NCBI RefSeq assembly: GCF_009914755.1
Contig: NC_060947.1
Reading direction: 5' to 3' (one strand)
From: the human T2T-CHM13v2.0 reference genome, Homo sapiens
DNA length: 64,000 nt
Below, one piece after another: positions 60,470 through 64,000 of the stretch. Below the pieces are notes generated by a model, which was not told the origin of the DNA, did not search any database, and saw only the letters and a program-made list of their open reading frames with translations. A program made the position numbers and the translations under genes. The first letter of the stretch is position 1; every line of letters begins with the position of its first letter.

Positions 60470-60710
60470 AAAAATTTATGGAGTGCTTATGATGTACTAT
60501 GCACTGCACTCAGCATGTGGTACTTATTACATTTGTCACAACCACCCTCTGAAATAGGTACTATTATTATTCCATTTTTACAAGGGAACAACCCAAGGGC
60601 AAGGAGAAGGTAATGATCACTTGCCCAAGATCTTTCAGCCAGGAGGTAGAGAAGCCTGAATGTGAACCTTAGCAATTTCACTCAAGAGGGCACACTTTGG
60701 AAACCACCAT
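60470..60710 (-). mobile_element. MIR
   Basis: ggtactattattattcccattttacaagg...cacttgcccaagatc. Confidence 0.7.
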
Positions 60711-60906
60711 ACATCCTACTGTGACCTCTGCATGTATTGCAATTTTCTACTCTTCTGCTGAGGCAACAGTTAACCCAATGAGAGTTTTTCTGAGGTGCAT
60801 TTGCAGTTGAGTTGTGCTTCTGTGTCTCCTAAAGAAACGGTCCAGGTCCTAAGCTACTGATGTTATCTCAGGCTTCTTAAAATTTCTTAACTTTCAGTCT
60901 TCCTTA

Positions 60907-61565
<659 letters not shown>

Positions 61566-62944
61566 ACCCCCAAAAAACAGATTTAGATTTTTGCTTTACT
61601 GTTCAGGAGATTCTCTCTCAGAAATAGATGTTGCTACATTCTCCAAAGGCAAGAAAACCCAGTGGGGCTGACAGAAAAAAAACAGAAGGTCAAGGCACTT
61701 CATGGTATGATCTGATTTCCTCTTGGTAAAGGGGGCTATGAGCCCTCCACATAGACCCCTAAGCAAGAGGATTCTAAGTAGTTCTATCACTTTTGATCTG
61801 GAAATTTTTATCCTTTTAAAAAATTTGTCTCTACATACTCAGCACACAGGTGCCCAATAAACGCTGGCTGAATAAATATTTGGTTGAAAGGAAGGGAGCA
61901 CCCTGGGACCCTGTGGACCAGAAATGGACCTCTAGATCCCCCACCATGCTGACTTTTACCCAAGCCAGGCCATGCAATTCAGGGTATCTCTGCAGAAGAT
62001 TCATCCATGCTCTGTGCTCATCTCCTCATATGGATGGGGTAAGTCTCCAGATGTTCAGGCAAGCAAGCATAGGCTGCTAGGCAATGACAATGAAAAACCA
62101 TGGACTGCTCAATGTTAACGTGTTTTCTGAGAAAAACATGGCAGCCATGCCTAAGACCCTTAATTCAGGATTTAAAAAAAAAAAAAAAAAAAAAGAATAG
62201 ATCCAGAAGACACACCGATGGGATCGGCAACTGGATGGATGTGTTCCAAATCCCCTGGACTTACACTTCTGGAGGGGCCTTTTTACAACAGTAAATCTTT
62301 AGATATGAAAGAAAAGAAAAATCACTTCTATTTTATATTTTTGAGCCAAATTTAAATAAAGGCATTAAATATAAAGTTATTTATAAAATTTCAAAAAACA
62401 CAGTATACATTTTAATCCCAAGGACAGGATCCCAACACCTAAAAGGCAGTCACAGGATTCCAAGAGGATGCCTTGGCTCAAAAGGTCTTTTAAAATGTCT
62501 TGATTCTGGGCACCTGGCAAGAAATGGGAAAATGGTTTATGCCCTGCAGAGGGAAAACTGCAAAATGTTCCCCCTAAGAGAGTGAAGATAGAGATGAGGT
62601 GACCAGTGGTGGCTTATGAAGACAGACACAGCTGTGAGTGGTCATTGCCAAAGGTGGGCATGAAACAAGGGGAAATTGCAAAAAGGAAAGCAAAACAATG
62701 CCTTGTTTATTTTTCCCCATTTACTTATTTAATGTAATTTAGCGAGAAGGCTGAACAAATGAACTTCAGACTGTCATGCTTCTTAGCACCTAGGAAATTA
62801 TCACCGGAAGCAACTAAGTGACAAACACTGAGCTTCCAAGAAAGACCATATTCACTGAGCAAGGTCTTTCAAAGCTATATTTGTTATCTTTCATTTTTAG
62901 CTATTATTTAAAATATTAAGGAATGCCATAACAATGCTATAAAT

Positions 62945-63150
62945 ATAGTAAAGGTTGGTAAATTATAGCCATCTGTTTTTATTTATAAGGTTTTATTGGA
63001 ACACAGTTGCACCCATTTGTTTACATACTATCTAGGGCTGCTTTCATGCTATAGTGGCAGATTTGAATAGTTACAACAGACACTGAGTGGTCTGCAGCAC
63101 CTAAAATACTTACTATCTGACCTTTACGGAAAAAGTGTGTTGACCCTTGA
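62945..63150 (-). mobile_element. MER58A-like
   Basis: ttttattggaacacag...atttgtttacata...gctgctttcatgcta...aaaatacttactatctgaccctttac. Confidence 0.7.
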
Positions 63151-63416
63151 TTTTAAATACAGCATAATAAGGCTTGGCTACATAAAGCAGTTAATGCAAT
63201 TGATAAAATCAGCTTATCAAATAGGAAATTATTACATTTTCTCTTATACACTCTTTGACGAGAAATATCACTCAGCTGGCTAAGGATCAAAATTCTCGTC
63301 TATGGCATTTTGTCTGCTATTTAATCTGCCACCAATCAGCAAAATTATTATTAAAACCAAGATTATACTACCCCTAATGGTCCCTACGATGACTTAGCAC
63401 CCCTGTACTCCTGTAA

Positions 63417-63781
<365 letters not shown>

Positions 63782-64000
63782 AGAGAACACCATTAAACGA
63801 ATAAATGAATGAACAACAAAGCACATTTGTGAAACTGGGATTGTAACCTTCCTCTCTTAAAAACAGTCGGTGTGGTCACTTTCTTCCTCCGTTCCATGGC
63901 CATCCCTACTCCTGGCCAACTATCTCCCATGTATGTACATTTGGTCCAAAGGAGAAAAAAGCGAGAGTGTCTTTGTAACAATCCAATCCAATCCATCACA

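Overview
Human-type (primate) genomic DNA, recognised as Xp22.2, with two convergent genes. Plus strand: the 3' part of OFD1, 15 exons (9-23 by recalled RefSeq numbering) from 858 to the stop at 20542. I checked every GT-AG junction; the exons join into one 2211-nt open frame (736 aa, residues 277-1012). Minus strand: GPM6B (proteolipid M6B) exons 2-7 plus two mutually exclusive last exons, an 81-nt PLP/DM20-like one and a 150-nt M6A-like one; its first exon(s) lie beyond 64000. The two canonical 3' ends are about 1.6 kb apart. Introns contain many Alus, many hAT/Tigger DNA-transposon fossils, several solo LTRs (two with clean 4-bp TSDs) and very little L1. Almost all ORFs in the supplied track are Alu-derived or spurious. 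Best leads: (1) plus-strand exon-like units inside GPM6B, phase-compatible with OFD1 exon 22, which would give OFD1 alternative C-termini antisense to GPM6B exons; (2) the GPM6B dual last-exon switch with QKI/RBFOX motifs; (3) a candidate 45-nt in-frame GPM6B exon at the PLP-vs-DM20 insertion site; (4) latent OFD1 splice options, including the known RP23 62-nt cryptic exon. I found no prokaryotic, CRISPR or foreign system. Gene names, exon numbers and repeat subfamilies come from memory, not from a database search.
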